DNA of 64,000 nucleotides, taken from contig DASSMQ010000047.1 in NCBI GenBank assembly GCA_035688805.1, positions 9,135 to 73,134 of the forward strand, written 5' to 3'. This DNA is from Candidatus Limnocylindrales bacterium. GTDB taxonomy: Bacteria; Chloroflexota; Limnocylindria; Limnocylindrales; CSP1-4. A program made the translations under genes and the position numbers. Within the stretch, counting starts at the first letter, position 1; every line of letters begins with the position of its first letter. The notes beneath the pieces were generated by a model. The model made no database searches. It worked only from the letters and a program-made list of their open reading frames with translations, and was not told the origin of the DNA. Below, one piece after another: positions 53,543-62,515 of this stretch.

Positions 53543-54783
53543 CGGGCGGAGCTGCTCGCGACCCGGGCCTTCGTGCCGGCGAGGCGGCGGAGCTGTCGCG
53601 CGGCCGGCTTCTCCGTCCCGACCAGGGTCTCGTCGTCATCACCGCGGATGAAGGCTTCGACGCGCTCGCGACCGACGTCGTCGGGGATCTGGCGCGGCGG
53701 GCTCTTCATGAAGTAGGCCGATGGGGCGACGAGGGTGCCCTTGAGGCCGCGGTCGAGGCCGAGCTTCAGGCAGCGGATGGCGTCGGTGATGACGCCCGCC
53801 GAATTCGGCGAGTCCCAGACCTCGAGCTTGAGCTCGGCGTTGAGCGGCACGTCACCGAAGGTCGTGCCCTCCATCCGGATGTAGCACCACTTCCGGTCGA
53901 GCAGCCACGGCACGTGATCGCTCGGGCCGACGTGGACGTCATCCGGGTCGAGCTCGTAATCGAGCATCGACGTGACGGCGTTGGTCTTGCTGATCTTCTT
54001 GGACTCGAGGCGCTCGCGTTCGAGCATGTTCAGGAAGTCGGTGTTCCCGCCGAAATTGAGCTGGTACGTCCGATCGAGCCGGACGCCCCGATCCATGAAC
54101 AGGCGGGTGAGCACGCGATGGCTGATGGTGGCGCCGACCTGGCTCTTGATGTCGTCACCGATCAGCGGCAGGCCCTCCTCGGCGAAGCGACGCTGCCAGT
54201 AGGGCTCGCGACCGATGAACACAGGGATCGCGTTGACGAAGCCGACGCCTGCCCGGAGTGCCTGCTCCGCGTACCACTTCGTCGCCTCCTCGCTGCCCAC
54301 GGGCAGGTAGGAGACCATCACGTCGACCTCGCGTTCCTTGAGGATGCCGACGATATCGGCCGTCTCACCCGGGGCCTTCTCGATGACCTGACTCAGGTAC
54401 TTGCCCAGGCCGTCATGCACCATCCCGCGCTGGACCGTGACGTCAAGCGTGCCCACCTGCTGGAAGACGTACGTGTTGTTGGGCTTGACGTAGATCGCCT
54501 CGCCGAGGTCCTTGCCGACCTTGTTCTTGTCGATGTCGAAGGCCGCCACGAAATCGATGTCCCGGACGTGGTAGCCACCGAGGTCCACGTGCATCAGCCC
54601 CGGGATGAAGTCGTCGACGGCCGCATTCTCGTAGTAGTAGCGGCCCTGCACGAGACTGCTCGCGCAGTTGCCGACGCCGACGATCGCGACCCGGACCTTG
54701 CCGTCGCCACGCCGACGGGCGCCCGCCCACGTGTTCGTCGGGGTCGAACCGTTCTTCCCGTTGCCGTTGGTGTCCTTGCTCAC
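53539..54783 (-). CDS. ino1: myo-Inositol-1-phosphate synthase
   Basis: [47 protein letters not shown] and the end SPPRQIPDD. Confidence 0.92.
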   Translation of the reverse strand: MSKDTNGNGKNGSTPTNTWAGARRRGDGKVRVAIVGVGNCASSLVQGRYYYENAAVDDFIPGLMHVDLGGYHVRDIDFVAAFDIDKNKVGKDLGEAIYVKPNNTYVFQQVGTLDVTVQRGMVHDGLGKYLSQVIEKAPGETADIVGILKEREVDVMVSYLPVGSEEATKWYAEQALRAGVGFVNAIPVFIGREPYWQRRFAEEGLPLIGDDIKSQVGATISHRVLTRLFMDRGVRLDRTYQLNFGGNTDFLNMLERERLESKKISKTNAVTSMLDYELDPDDVHVGPSDHVPWLLDRKWCYIRMEGTTFGDVPLNAELKLEVWDSPNSAGVITDAIRCLKLGLDRGLKGTLVAPSAYFMKSPPRQIPDDVGRERVEAFIRGDDDETLVGTEKPAARQLRRLAGTKARVASSSAR

Positions 54784-55487
54784 GATCGCTCCTGTTCGCT
54801 GGGCCGGCGCTCAGCCGGCACGCTGGCCTGTCGGTGCACATGGATGATCCGTTGGACGGTGGTGGCCGTCGCGCCGATCGCGATCACCCCAAGGGTGGCG
54901 AAGATGACCAACATCCCGAGCGGCAGGGCCGCCCCGCCAGCGCAGTCCGTGCATCCGCCCGTGTCCGGGCTGGTGCCGAGCAGGCCGGCCAGCATCAGGC
55001 CGACCGTGAGCACCACGAGTCGGACCTCGCGGGGCATGATCCCGATCGCCGCCATGCCCGACCCGGCCGAAAAGCCCAGACCCTCCGCTCTCGCGCGGGT
55101 ATAGCTGACCATCACCGACGCGCCCAGAGCCGCGACGGCGTAGACCGGGGCGTCGAGGTAGCCGACCTGCTGGAGGCCCGCAACGAGCCCGACGTAGACG
55201 ATGATCTCGCCACCCTTATCGAGCGTCGAATCGAGGAACGCGCCCCAGCGGCTGACCCGTCCGGTCGCCCGGGCGAGTGTGCCGTCGAACATGTCGAAGA
55301 TGCCGCCCAGCAGGACCACGACGCCGCCGGCGAGCCAGAGCTGCTGCCCGAGGAGCCACGCGCCGACGACGGTGATGCCGAATCCGATGACGGTGAGGGC
55401 ATCGGGCGTCAGGCCGACCCGCCCGAGCGCGACGGGGATCGGCTCGAACGCCTTCTTGACCCGCTCACGGGCCTGGTTCGAGAGCAT
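54780..55487 (-). CDS. CDP-alcohol phosphatidyltransferase (phosphatidylinositol-phosphate synthase-like)
   Basis: The motif DGx2ARx8Gx3Dx3D is present as [30 protein letters not shown]. The protein is polytopic and lies adjacent to ino1. Confidence 0.88.
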   Translation of the reverse strand: MLSNQARERVKKAFEPIPVALGRVGLTPDALTVIGFGITVVGAWLLGQQLWLAGGVVVLLGGIFDMFDGTLARATGRVSRWGAFLDSTLDKGGEIIVYVGLVAGLQQVGYLDAPVYAVAALGASVMVSYTRARAEGLGFSAGSGMAAIGIMPREVRLVVLTVGLMLAGLLGTSPDTGGCTDCAGGAALPLGMLVIFATLGVIAIGATATTVQRIIHVHRQASVPAERRPSEQERS

Positions 55488-55882
55488 CAGCTGGCGATCC
55501 CGAGGATGGCCCGCTCGCGCGCGGCGACCTCACCGAACGCCTCGGGCCGGAGCGTACAGATGGTCTCGCGGCCGACCCGCCGCGTGGCGACCAGGCCGGC
55601 GACCCGCAGCCGCTTCAGGTGATGGCTGACCAGCGGCTGGCTGAGCCCGACATGGGCGATCAGCTCGGCCACGCTCGCCTCCCCGTCCGCGAGCCGGCGG
55701 ACGATCCGCAACCGATTGACATCGGCCAGGGCCTTGTGGAACGCGCGCAGTTCGCGCAACTCCTCTGGCTGGAGCACGATCGACGCGATCGTCGAGCGGA
55801 AGCGGGCTGGGGTGGGCACTCGGTGGGACGCTCCGACGTGGGGGTGGGGTCGGTCTGTCGCATCAACGATGGTTGATATCAA
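55487..55882 (-). CDS. ArsR/SmtB-family transcriptional regulator
   Basis: LADVNRLRIVRRLADGEASVAELIAHVGLSQPLVSHHLKRLRVAGLV. The TTG start at 55882 is uncertain, since an in-frame GTG lies about 35 codons downstream. The stop overlaps the next gene (TGATG). Confidence 0.8.
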   Translation of the reverse strand: MISTIVDATDRPHPHVGASHRVPTPARFRSTIASIVLQPEELRELRAFHKALADVNRLRIVRRLADGEASVAELIAHVGLSQPLVSHHLKRLRVAGLVATRRVGRETICTLRPEAFGEVAARERAILGIAS

Positions 55883-55895
55883 CGGGCGTTGATGC
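55860..55895. promoter_or_regulatory. Nested palindromes, candidate operator between arsR and the ECF sigma gene
   Basis: GCATCAACG (55860-55868) and CGTTGATGC (55887-55895) form a 9-bp inverted repeat. They flank the perfect 10-bp palindrome TTGATATCAA (55873-55882). Confidence 0.4.
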
Positions 55896-55927
55896 TAGGC
55901 GGGCGACGAACGTGTGTCAACCTCGGG

Positions 55928-56533
55928 ATGGCTGAACATTCGGTGCTGCTGGATTGTCATGTCGTCGTGAACCGATCGTCCGAGGTCATCGAGCTCCGGG
56001 ACCACCCGCCGGTGGCCGGACGCGCCGACGCCGCGCGCTCGGAGGCCTTCATCCGACTGGCGGACCAGCACCTCGACCGCGCCTACGGCCTTGCGCGGGC
56101 CATCCTGCACGACCCCGCCGACGCCCAGGACGCGACACACGACGCGTTCCTCAGCGCCTGGCGCGCCTGGGCGACCCTCCGTGACCAGGCGCGGTTCGAA
56201 GCGTGGTTCGATCGGATCATCGTCAATACCTGCCGAAATCGCCTGCGCAGTGGCCAGCGGCGTCCGACCGACATCTCGAGCGAAGTCGCGATCGCGACCG
56301 GCGACCCCTTCGCCCAGACCGAGGACCGCGATGTCCTCGGCGCCGCGATCGCCGCCCTGTCGCCGGACCATCGCATCGTCGTGGCGTTGCGCTTTTACCG
56401 CGACTTGACCGTGGATGACATCGCCGGCCGCCTGGGCGTGCCGGCGGGCACGGTCCGGTCGCGGCTGCACTATGCACTTCGTGCGCTGCACCTCGCGATC
56501 GACGCGGCCGACGACGAAGGACCGGACCGATGA
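55928..56533 (+). CDS. ECF (group 4) sigma-70 family sigma factor
   Basis: Region 2: DAQDATHDAFLSAWRAW...FEAWFDRIIVNTCRNRLR. Region 4: LSPDHRIVVALRFYRDLTVDDIAGRLGVPAGTVRSRLHYA. The ATG at 55928 is preferred to TTG 55889. Confidence 0.85.
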   Translation: MAEHSVLLDCHVVVNRSSEVIELRDHPPVAGRADAARSEAFIRLADQHLDRAYGLARAILHDPADAQDATHDAFLSAWRAWATLRDQARFEAWFDRIIVNTCRNRLRSGQRRPTDISSEVAIATGDPFAQTEDRDVLGAAIAALSPDHRIVVALRFYRDLTVDDIAGRLGVPAGTVRSRLHYALRALHLAIDAADDEGPDR

Positions 56534-59013
56534 CCGACGACGAGCTCGAACTGCGGCTGCGCGCGTGGTATCGCGCGGAGGTCGGCGATCGACCGATCGC
56601 CCCACTGGCGTTGCGCGAGCAGCTGGCTGCCATCCCCTCGACCTATCCGCTGGCGGCGCCTCGCGCCGGTCGGCGACCCGGTCTCACGCTGCTGATCGCG
56701 GCCACGCTCCTGCTCGGCGGCGCCATCGCTGCCGGCGCCGGGCTACTGCGCCTCTCGACGGTCGAGCCGCCGGTCACGCCGCTTCCATCCCAGGCAGCGT
56801 TACCGTCTGCGCCGCCTGCCGAGCCATCCCGGAGCGCGGAGCCGCCGACCCCACCCAAGGACGGGCCGGCCCGGCCGATCGGCCAGGAGGTCCTCGCGGC
56901 GACCCAAGGCTTTCTGCTGGCGCGTGATGGCGCGGGCTGGGCAGCGACGGCTACCGGTATCTATCGGACGCTCGACGGCGGCACGACCTGGCGCGACGTC
57001 CGTCCCGTGGGCTGGACGGTCTCGACGGCGAGCGCGCTGGTCGACGCCCAGACAGCCTACGTGGCGTCCGACAGCATGCCGATGGTCATCGCCGCGACCC
57101 ACTCCGGCGGGGCAGCATGGACGACCGCGACGATCCAGGATGACCGGATCGGCTTCGGACCGACGCTCGCCTTCCAGACGCCCCTGAAGGGGTTCGCGAT
57201 CTTCTACGACCGGCAGGTCGACACTCGAATCTGGGTGTTCGCCACGACCGATGGCGGTCAGACGTGGACGGGGCCGAGACGCGGCAGCATCCCGAGGCTA
57301 CCCAACCGGATCACCAAACTCGACCGTCCGATGGGCGGGATCCTGGTGCTCCTGCAAGGTACGGGGAACGGCCAGCCGTCCAACGACTTCGTCATGTCGC
57401 TGGACGGCGGCGTCACCTGGCTCACGCGCTCGTATCCGATCAGCGACGTGACGCCGAGGGACGTCCAGAAGTGGATCGCCCAGATCGCGGTCGAGGGTGA
57501 TGGTGTCCTGCAGATGGCCATCCAGGCCGGCAACCGCGGTTCGGTCTGGCGCAGCGGCGATCGAGGTGTCACGTGGCAGCTCGTCCGCGCGCTGCCACGC
57601 GGCGTGGACCTGCAGGACGCCGACTTCATCTCGCCGACCGAGTGGGTCTTCCAGGTCGCGGAGGGGTCCGCGTTCCGATCGACCGTCGACGCGGGCGCGC
57701 ACTGGCGAACCGTGAGGGTGAAGGGTGTCGGCTCGCAGCCCGGGCTCGGGCTCCAGGCCGCGACGTTCGCCTCGGTCGACGTCGGCTGGGCGTCGATGAG
57801 CTGCCGGACGGGCCGCTGGACGGGCGCCGTGCCGACCGGCTACTGCTCCGGCGACGACTCAGAGACCATCTTGGAGGCAACGACCGACGGCGGCCGGACG
57901 TGGGCGCCGATCGCCCGACCGGTCACGCCCATCGTTTCCCCGGTCCTGCCTGGCCCCGCAGCCTGGGTGTCTGCCGGGACCATGGTGGCCGGCCGATGGC
58001 ACGTCCGTGGCCCAGGGCTCTCCGCGATCACGCTCAACGACGGGCGGGTCCTGGTGGTCGGCGGTGTGGGCGGCGAGGGCGCCGACCTGTACGACCCGAT
58101 CGGGGGCATGTGGACCGCGACCGGGAAGCTGGCCCACGAGCGATCCGGCCAGATCGCGGCACCGCTACCCGACGGCCGCGTGCTGGTCGCCGGCGGGTCC
58201 TACGACGACCGCGATCGGGCGACGACCGAGATCTTCGACCCGGCCTCGGGCCGCTGGTCGATGGGCGCGTCCATGCGTCGTGCGCGAGAGAATGCCCGCG
58301 CCGCAGTGCTGCAGGATGGACGCATCCTCGTCGTCGGCGGCGACGTTGGCGTCGGTGGCGTGGCGATGACGGCCGAGATCTACGACCCGGTCACAGGTCG
58401 TTGGTCGATGACCGAAAGCCCGCGGCGCTTCCGGTTCGGCGTCACGCCCCTCGTGACCCTCGCCGACGGCCGCGTGCTGATGGCCGGCGGCAACGACCGT
58501 CACAACCAGCCGACCGCCACGGCGGAGCTCTACGACCCGGCGACCGGGCGCTGGACGGGGACGGGACGGATGACCCGGGCGCGGGCAGACGCTTCGGCAC
58601 TCCGCCTGGCAGACGGACGCGTGCTGGTCGTCGGTGGGGCGCATAGCTTCGGGTGGCGCGAGCTGCCGACCGCCGAGATCTTCGACCCGGCCACGGGCCG
58701 CTGGAGCACCGCCACCCCGATGTCGGAAGCCCGAACGGATCGGGGGGTCACTCTCCTGTCGGACGGCCGCGTGCTGGTTACGGGTGGCTCAGCCCCGGAT
58801 CGGGCGTTCTACCCTCTTGCGACGGCGGAGATCTATGACCCGGCGACCGACACATGGTCGCCAGCGCCCAGCATGGCCACCGCGCGCTACGGGCATGCCG
58901 CCTTGACCCTGGCCGACGGCTCGGTGCTGGTCGTCGGAGGGCACTCGACCGGGGCGTTCCACCGGCTCGGGTCGGCGGAACGTTTCTACCCGGACGGCGG
59001 ACCACCCGGCTGA
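56530..59013 (+). CDS. Putative anti-sigma factor: short cytoplasmic N-terminus, one TM, then BNR/Asp-box and Kelch beta-propellers
   Basis: ATGA overlap with the sigma gene. TM segment LTLLIAATLLLGGAIAAGAGLL. Seven Asp-box-like motifs (TLDGGTTW, HSGGAAW, TTDGGQTW, SLDGGVTW, SGDRGVTW, VDAGAHW, TTDGGRTW). Seven Kelch-like blades (xDGRVLVxGG...YDPxTGRW). Confidence 0.7.
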   Translation: MTDDELELRLRAWYRAEVGDRPIAPLALREQLAAIPSTYPLAAPRAGRRPGLTLLIAATLLLGGAIAAGAGLLRLSTVEPPVTPLPSQAALPSAPPAEPSRSAEPPTPPKDGPARPIGQEVLAATQGFLLARDGAGWAATATGIYRTLDGGTTWRDVRPVGWTVSTASALVDAQTAYVASDSMPMVIAATHSGGAAWTTATIQDDRIGFGPTLAFQTPLKGFAIFYDRQVDTRIWVFATTDGGQTWTGPRRGSIPRLPNRITKLDRPMGGILVLLQGTGNGQPSNDFVMSLDGGVTWLTRSYPISDVTPRDVQKWIAQIAVEGDGVLQMAIQAGNRGSVWRSGDRGVTWQLVRALPRGVDLQDADFISPTEWVFQVAEGSAFRSTVDAGAHWRTVRVKGVGSQPGLGLQAATFASVDVGWASMSCRTGRWTGAVPTGYCSGDDSETILEATTDGGRTWAPIARPVTPIVSPVLPGPAAWVSAGTMVAGRWHVRGPGLSAITLNDGRVLVVGGVGGEGADLYDPIGGMWTATGKLAHERSGQIAAPLPDGRVLVAGGSYDDRDRATTEIFDPASGRWSMGASMRRARENARAAVLQDGRILVVGGDVGVGGVAMTAEIYDPVTGRWSMTESPRRFRFGVTPLVTLADGRVLMAGGNDRHNQPTATAELYDPATGRWTGTGRMTRARADASALRLADGRVLVVGGAHSFGWRELPTAEIFDPATGRWSTATPMSEARTDRGVTLLSDGRVLVTGGSAPDRAFYPLATAEIYDPATDTWSPAPSMATARYGHAALTLADGSVLVVGGHSTGAFHRLGSAERFYPDGGPPG

Positions 59014-59052
59014 CCGCGGGGCCGTCCGCGACGGCCCCGCTAGACTCGCCCG

Positions 59053-60699
59053 ATGGACCGTCGATCGGCCGCCGTGCTGCTCGTCGTCTTCGGTGCCGGC
59101 GTGTTCCTGGCCGGCCTGGAGCTCATGATCACGGCCGTCGCGCTCCCCTCGATCCTGGCCGATCTCGTGGCTGCCAGCGGGTCGTCGGCCTGGGTCGAGC
59201 TCCGCAAGGCCAGTTGGATCATCAACGCGTATCTGCTGGTCTACATCCTGATGATGCCCCTGGCCGGACACCTGGCGGACCTGTGGGGCGTGCGGCGTGC
59301 GTTCCTCGGGGCCCTGGCCATCTTTACCATCGGATCGCTGCTGGCCGGTCTCGCTCAGGATCTCGACCAGCTGATCGCCGCCCGGGTGGTCCAGGCCGTC
59401 GGCGGTGGCGTCCTGGTCCCGGTCGGGACGGCGGCCGCCGCGCATCTGTTCGACGACCATGCGCGGGCACGGGCGCTCGGCGTGATCGGGGCACTGACAT
59501 TCCTGGGGATGGCGGCCGGTCCGTTCCTCGGCGCAGCCATCCTCTCGGGCGTCCACCCCGACGTCGCCCTGGCCGGGACCGCCTTGGCGACCTCCCCCCT
59601 TGCCGAGGTCATCGCGCCGGCCTGGCGCTGGATCTTCTTCGCGAACGTGCCGGTCGCAGTCGTCGCGACGATCCTCGCCTGGTCCGTGTCCCCAGGCTGG
59701 GACACGCCCCGCCGTGATGGCCGGCTCGATCTGGTCGGCGCCGTCATCTTCGGCCTGGCGTTGGGGTCCGGACTCATCGCTCTGACCCTCCTCGGAGCTG
59801 CCGGCAGCGGGCAAGGGGGCGTCGCCCCGCCGGCCCTGTCGGCCATCCTCGCGGCGGTCGCCGTCGTTGCGACGCTCATCGCCATCGTCCGCGCCGCACG
59901 GACCGCCGACCCGTTCCTCGACGTCCGGCTGTTCGGGGACAGAGGCTTCAGCGCGGCTGCCGCGGTGTCGCTCCTGACCGGATATGCGTTCGCGACGGCG
60001 ATCATCGGTGCGGCGGTCTTCGTCGACCGCGTGCTGTACGGCGGGCCCGACGAGCAGCGGCTGGCGCTCGGGGCACTGGCCGGTGCGACGGCGTTGGGTG
60101 CACTGGTCTCGGGATTCGCGGTGCGGGTCGCGAGCTACCGGGCGGTGACCCTGCTCGGCCTGGCGATGAGCGCGCTGGGCCTGGCCGCGATGTCGCGCTG
60201 GACGCCGGACACGTCGATCGTCGAGGCGGCCGCAGGCCTGGCCGTGTTCGGTTCCGGCTTCGGCCTGTCGGTGACGCCGCGCTCGACCGCCGCCGTGGAA
60301 GCGGCGGGCCCAGCCGCCTTCGGAGCGGCGTCCTCGGTCGTCACGGTTGCCCGGATGGTCGGGATGGCGGTGGGCCTGGCGGTGCTGACCGCGTACGGCT
60401 CGACGACCATCGACCGCCTCTCGGCGCAGGTGTACGCGAGCCCCGATTCGTACCGCGCGTACGTACCCGAGGTGCTGCGCGACCGCCCACTCAAGGACCC
60501 GCTGGTGGTCGGTGCCCTGGAGCGCTGGGCGTCCGGCGAGGCCGCGTCGATCATGGTCGGATTGTTCGACGTCGCGGCCGTCGTGACCCTCGTCTGTGCC
60601 GTCCCGGCGTTGGCCCTCGGGGGTGGCGGGAACCGACGCGCCCGGTCGGCGCGTATGCTGGCCGGCGATGGCGCACCCGAACCCGAACTCATCCTCTGA
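59053..60699 (+). CDS. MFS transporter, DHA2 (14-TMS, EmrB/QacA-like)
   Basis: 548 aa with motif A-like PLAGHLADLWGVRRAF and about 14 hydrophobic segments. Confidence 0.8.
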   Translation: MDRRSAAVLLVVFGAGVFLAGLELMITAVALPSILADLVAASGSSAWVELRKASWIINAYLLVYILMMPLAGHLADLWGVRRAFLGALAIFTIGSLLAGLAQDLDQLIAARVVQAVGGGVLVPVGTAAAAHLFDDHARARALGVIGALTFLGMAAGPFLGAAILSGVHPDVALAGTALATSPLAEVIAPAWRWIFFANVPVAVVATILAWSVSPGWDTPRRDGRLDLVGAVIFGLALGSGLIALTLLGAAGSGQGGVAPPALSAILAAVAVVATLIAIVRAARTADPFLDVRLFGDRGFSAAAAVSLLTGYAFATAIIGAAVFVDRVLYGGPDEQRLALGALAGATALGALVSGFAVRVASYRAVTLLGLAMSALGLAAMSRWTPDTSIVEAAAGLAVFGSGFGLSVTPRSTAAVEAAGPAAFGAASSVVTVARMVGMAVGLAVLTAYGSTTIDRLSAQVYASPDSYRAYVPEVLRDRPLKDPLVVGALERWASGEAASIMVGLFDVAAVVTLVCAVPALALGGGGNRRARSARMLAGDGAPEPELIL

Positions 60700-60787
60700 T
60701 CACGCCTCCCGCCGACTCGGCGAGCCGGTCGCCAGCCGCCATTCGCCGGCCTCCGGGGGCCCGCCCGGCGTCATCCGGGTCGCGGCG

Positions 60788-61735
60788 ATGGTCGACGGCA
60801 CGCTGCGCGAGACGGAGGGCGACGCCGCGGTCAAGGCGTTGTCGGGCGCCCTTGCCACGAAGGATGCGGCCGTCTGGGTGGACATGGCCGCCCCGTCGCC
60901 CGAACAGGTGGAGGCCATCGGCTCGATCCTCGGCCTGCACCCGCTGATCGTCGAGGACGTTCTCGAGGGCAACCAGCGTGCCAAGATCGAGACGACCGAC
61001 GGCGTCGTCCACATCGTCCTGTTCGCGCTCGACCGGGAGGATCGGCCGCGGATCTTCGAGGTCGACCTCGTCCTCGGACTCGGGTATCTGTTCACGGTCC
61101 ACGACCGCGATTGGGACCCGCGCTCGTCGCACCATCTCCGTTCGGGGCTCGATGGGATCCTGGCCCACGGTCCCGACCACCTGCTGTGGGCGATCGGCGA
61201 CGACATCGTCGACGGCTACTTCCCGTACGCCGATCGCCTCGGCGACGCGATCGACGCCGTGCAGGATGCGGTGATCGCGAGAGCCACGCCGGACACGCTG
61301 GAACGACTCTTCTCGCTCAAGCGCGAGCTCATCGATGTCCGTCGGGCGGCCAGTCCGACGCGCGAGGTGTTCAACCAGCTGACCAACCGCGAGCTGACCC
61401 TGATCGATGCGGAGGAGCTGGTCTACTTCCGGGACGTGTACGACCACGTCATCCGCCTGACCGACGAGATGGACAACTACCGCGAGCTTGCCTCGTCGAC
61501 GCTCGACGTGTACCTCACCCAGGTCAACAACAACCTCTCCGTGATCATGAAGCGCCTCACCGGCGTGACGGTCATCCTCGCCGGGATCGGCGCGGTGGCC
61601 GGCATCTTCGGGATGAGCGAGGCGGGGACGGCCTTCGCCGGCAGCGAGGCCGGCGGCTTCTGGTTCGTCGCCGGGGCGACGGTCGCATTGGCGTCCGGCG
61701 CCGCGTTCATCCTGCGCCGGATCGACTGGATCTAG
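60788..61735 (+). CDS. corA: CorA-like divalent cation transporter with GMS in place of GMN
   Basis: The ATG at 60788 gives MVDGTLRE. C-terminus: YLTQVNNNLSVIMKRLTGVTVILAGIGAVAGIFGMSE plus a second TM segment. The upstream 64 codons of the track ORF overlap the MFS gene. Confidence 0.75.
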   Translation: MVDGTLRETEGDAAVKALSGALATKDAAVWVDMAAPSPEQVEAIGSILGLHPLIVEDVLEGNQRAKIETTDGVVHIVLFALDREDRPRIFEVDLVLGLGYLFTVHDRDWDPRSSHHLRSGLDGILAHGPDHLLWAIGDDIVDGYFPYADRLGDAIDAVQDAVIARATPDTLERLFSLKRELIDVRRAASPTREVFNQLTNRELTLIDAEELVYFRDVYDHVIRLTDEMDNYRELASSTLDVYLTQVNNNLSVIMKRLTGVTVILAGIGAVAGIFGMSEAGTAFAGSEAGGFWFVAGATVALASGAAFILRRIDWI

Positions 61736-61742
61736 CGGGCGC

Positions 61743-62447
61743 TCAACCGCAGACGACGGGTCGCGGGCGGGGATGGGCCGCCACGTGGCTGGCCGGCTCC
61801 GACGACACGAACGTGGCCACGACCTGGGTCTTGCCGACGGTCCCCTTGGGCCCCTCCGACGTCTGCAGCCACAGTTGCTCGGTCGTCGCCGACATCGGCG
61901 CCTTGAGGCTGGTCTGCGCGCGCCGGACTTCACTGATCTGGTACGTGAAGTGGACGTCGTCGCTCGTCCAGACCTCCACCTCGAGGCCTCGCTGGTCGCG
62001 CGAGAAGGTCCGCAGGAGGGGCAGGAACATGCCCTCCCGAGCGTGCGCATAGATGTAGGTCGCCCGCCCGAAGCCCGGCTGGGACAGGCCCGGCGCCACG
62101 AGGTACATCGCCACGTTGCACAGGGGGTACGTGGTGGTGCCCTTGACGACCGGCAGATCGATCCCGAGGCCGGAGATGCGGACGCGGGTCGCCACCCGGT
62201 CCGCCGGCGGCGACGGCGAGGGCGACGGCGATGGTTCGAGGCTGGCTGTCCCGATCGAAGGGAGTGAGATGAGCGGCGTCGGTGTCGCGATGACAGCGGC
62301 GGACGGCGGCGGCGCCGACGGGCTGGCGACGCCGGCGTCGACGGGCACCGAGTAGGTCAGCAACCCCGCCGATAGGATCGTCACGCCGAACGCGGTGAGG
62401 ATGGCCGGCAGCACGCGCGTGCGCAGATCGTCGAACAGGCGGGACAT
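61743..62447 (-). CDS. Sortase-fold protein lacking the catalytic Cys and Arg
   Basis: The ATG at 62447 gives MSRLFDDLRTRVLPAILTAFGVTILSAGLL (TM), then a Pro/Ser linker. RVRISGLGIDLPVVKG, IYAHAREGMF (His retained), and LWLQTSEGP where sortases have LTLxTCxP. KTQVVA stands where the conserved Arg strand would be. Confidence 0.5.
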   Translation of the reverse strand: MSRLFDDLRTRVLPAILTAFGVTILSAGLLTYSVPVDAGVASPSAPPPSAAVIATPTPLISLPSIGTASLEPSPSPSPSPPADRVATRVRISGLGIDLPVVKGTTTYPLCNVAMYLVAPGLSQPGFGRATYIYAHAREGMFLPLLRTFSRDQRGLEVEVWTSDDVHFTYQISEVRRAQTSLKAPMSATTEQLWLQTSEGPKGTVGKTQVVATFVSSEPASHVAAHPRPRPVVCG

Positions 62448-62515
62448 GGGAGCGGCATCGTAGCGTGGGCCGCCATGGCGCGCCCTCGACCGAGCGTACT
62501 GGTACCCTCGCCTCC

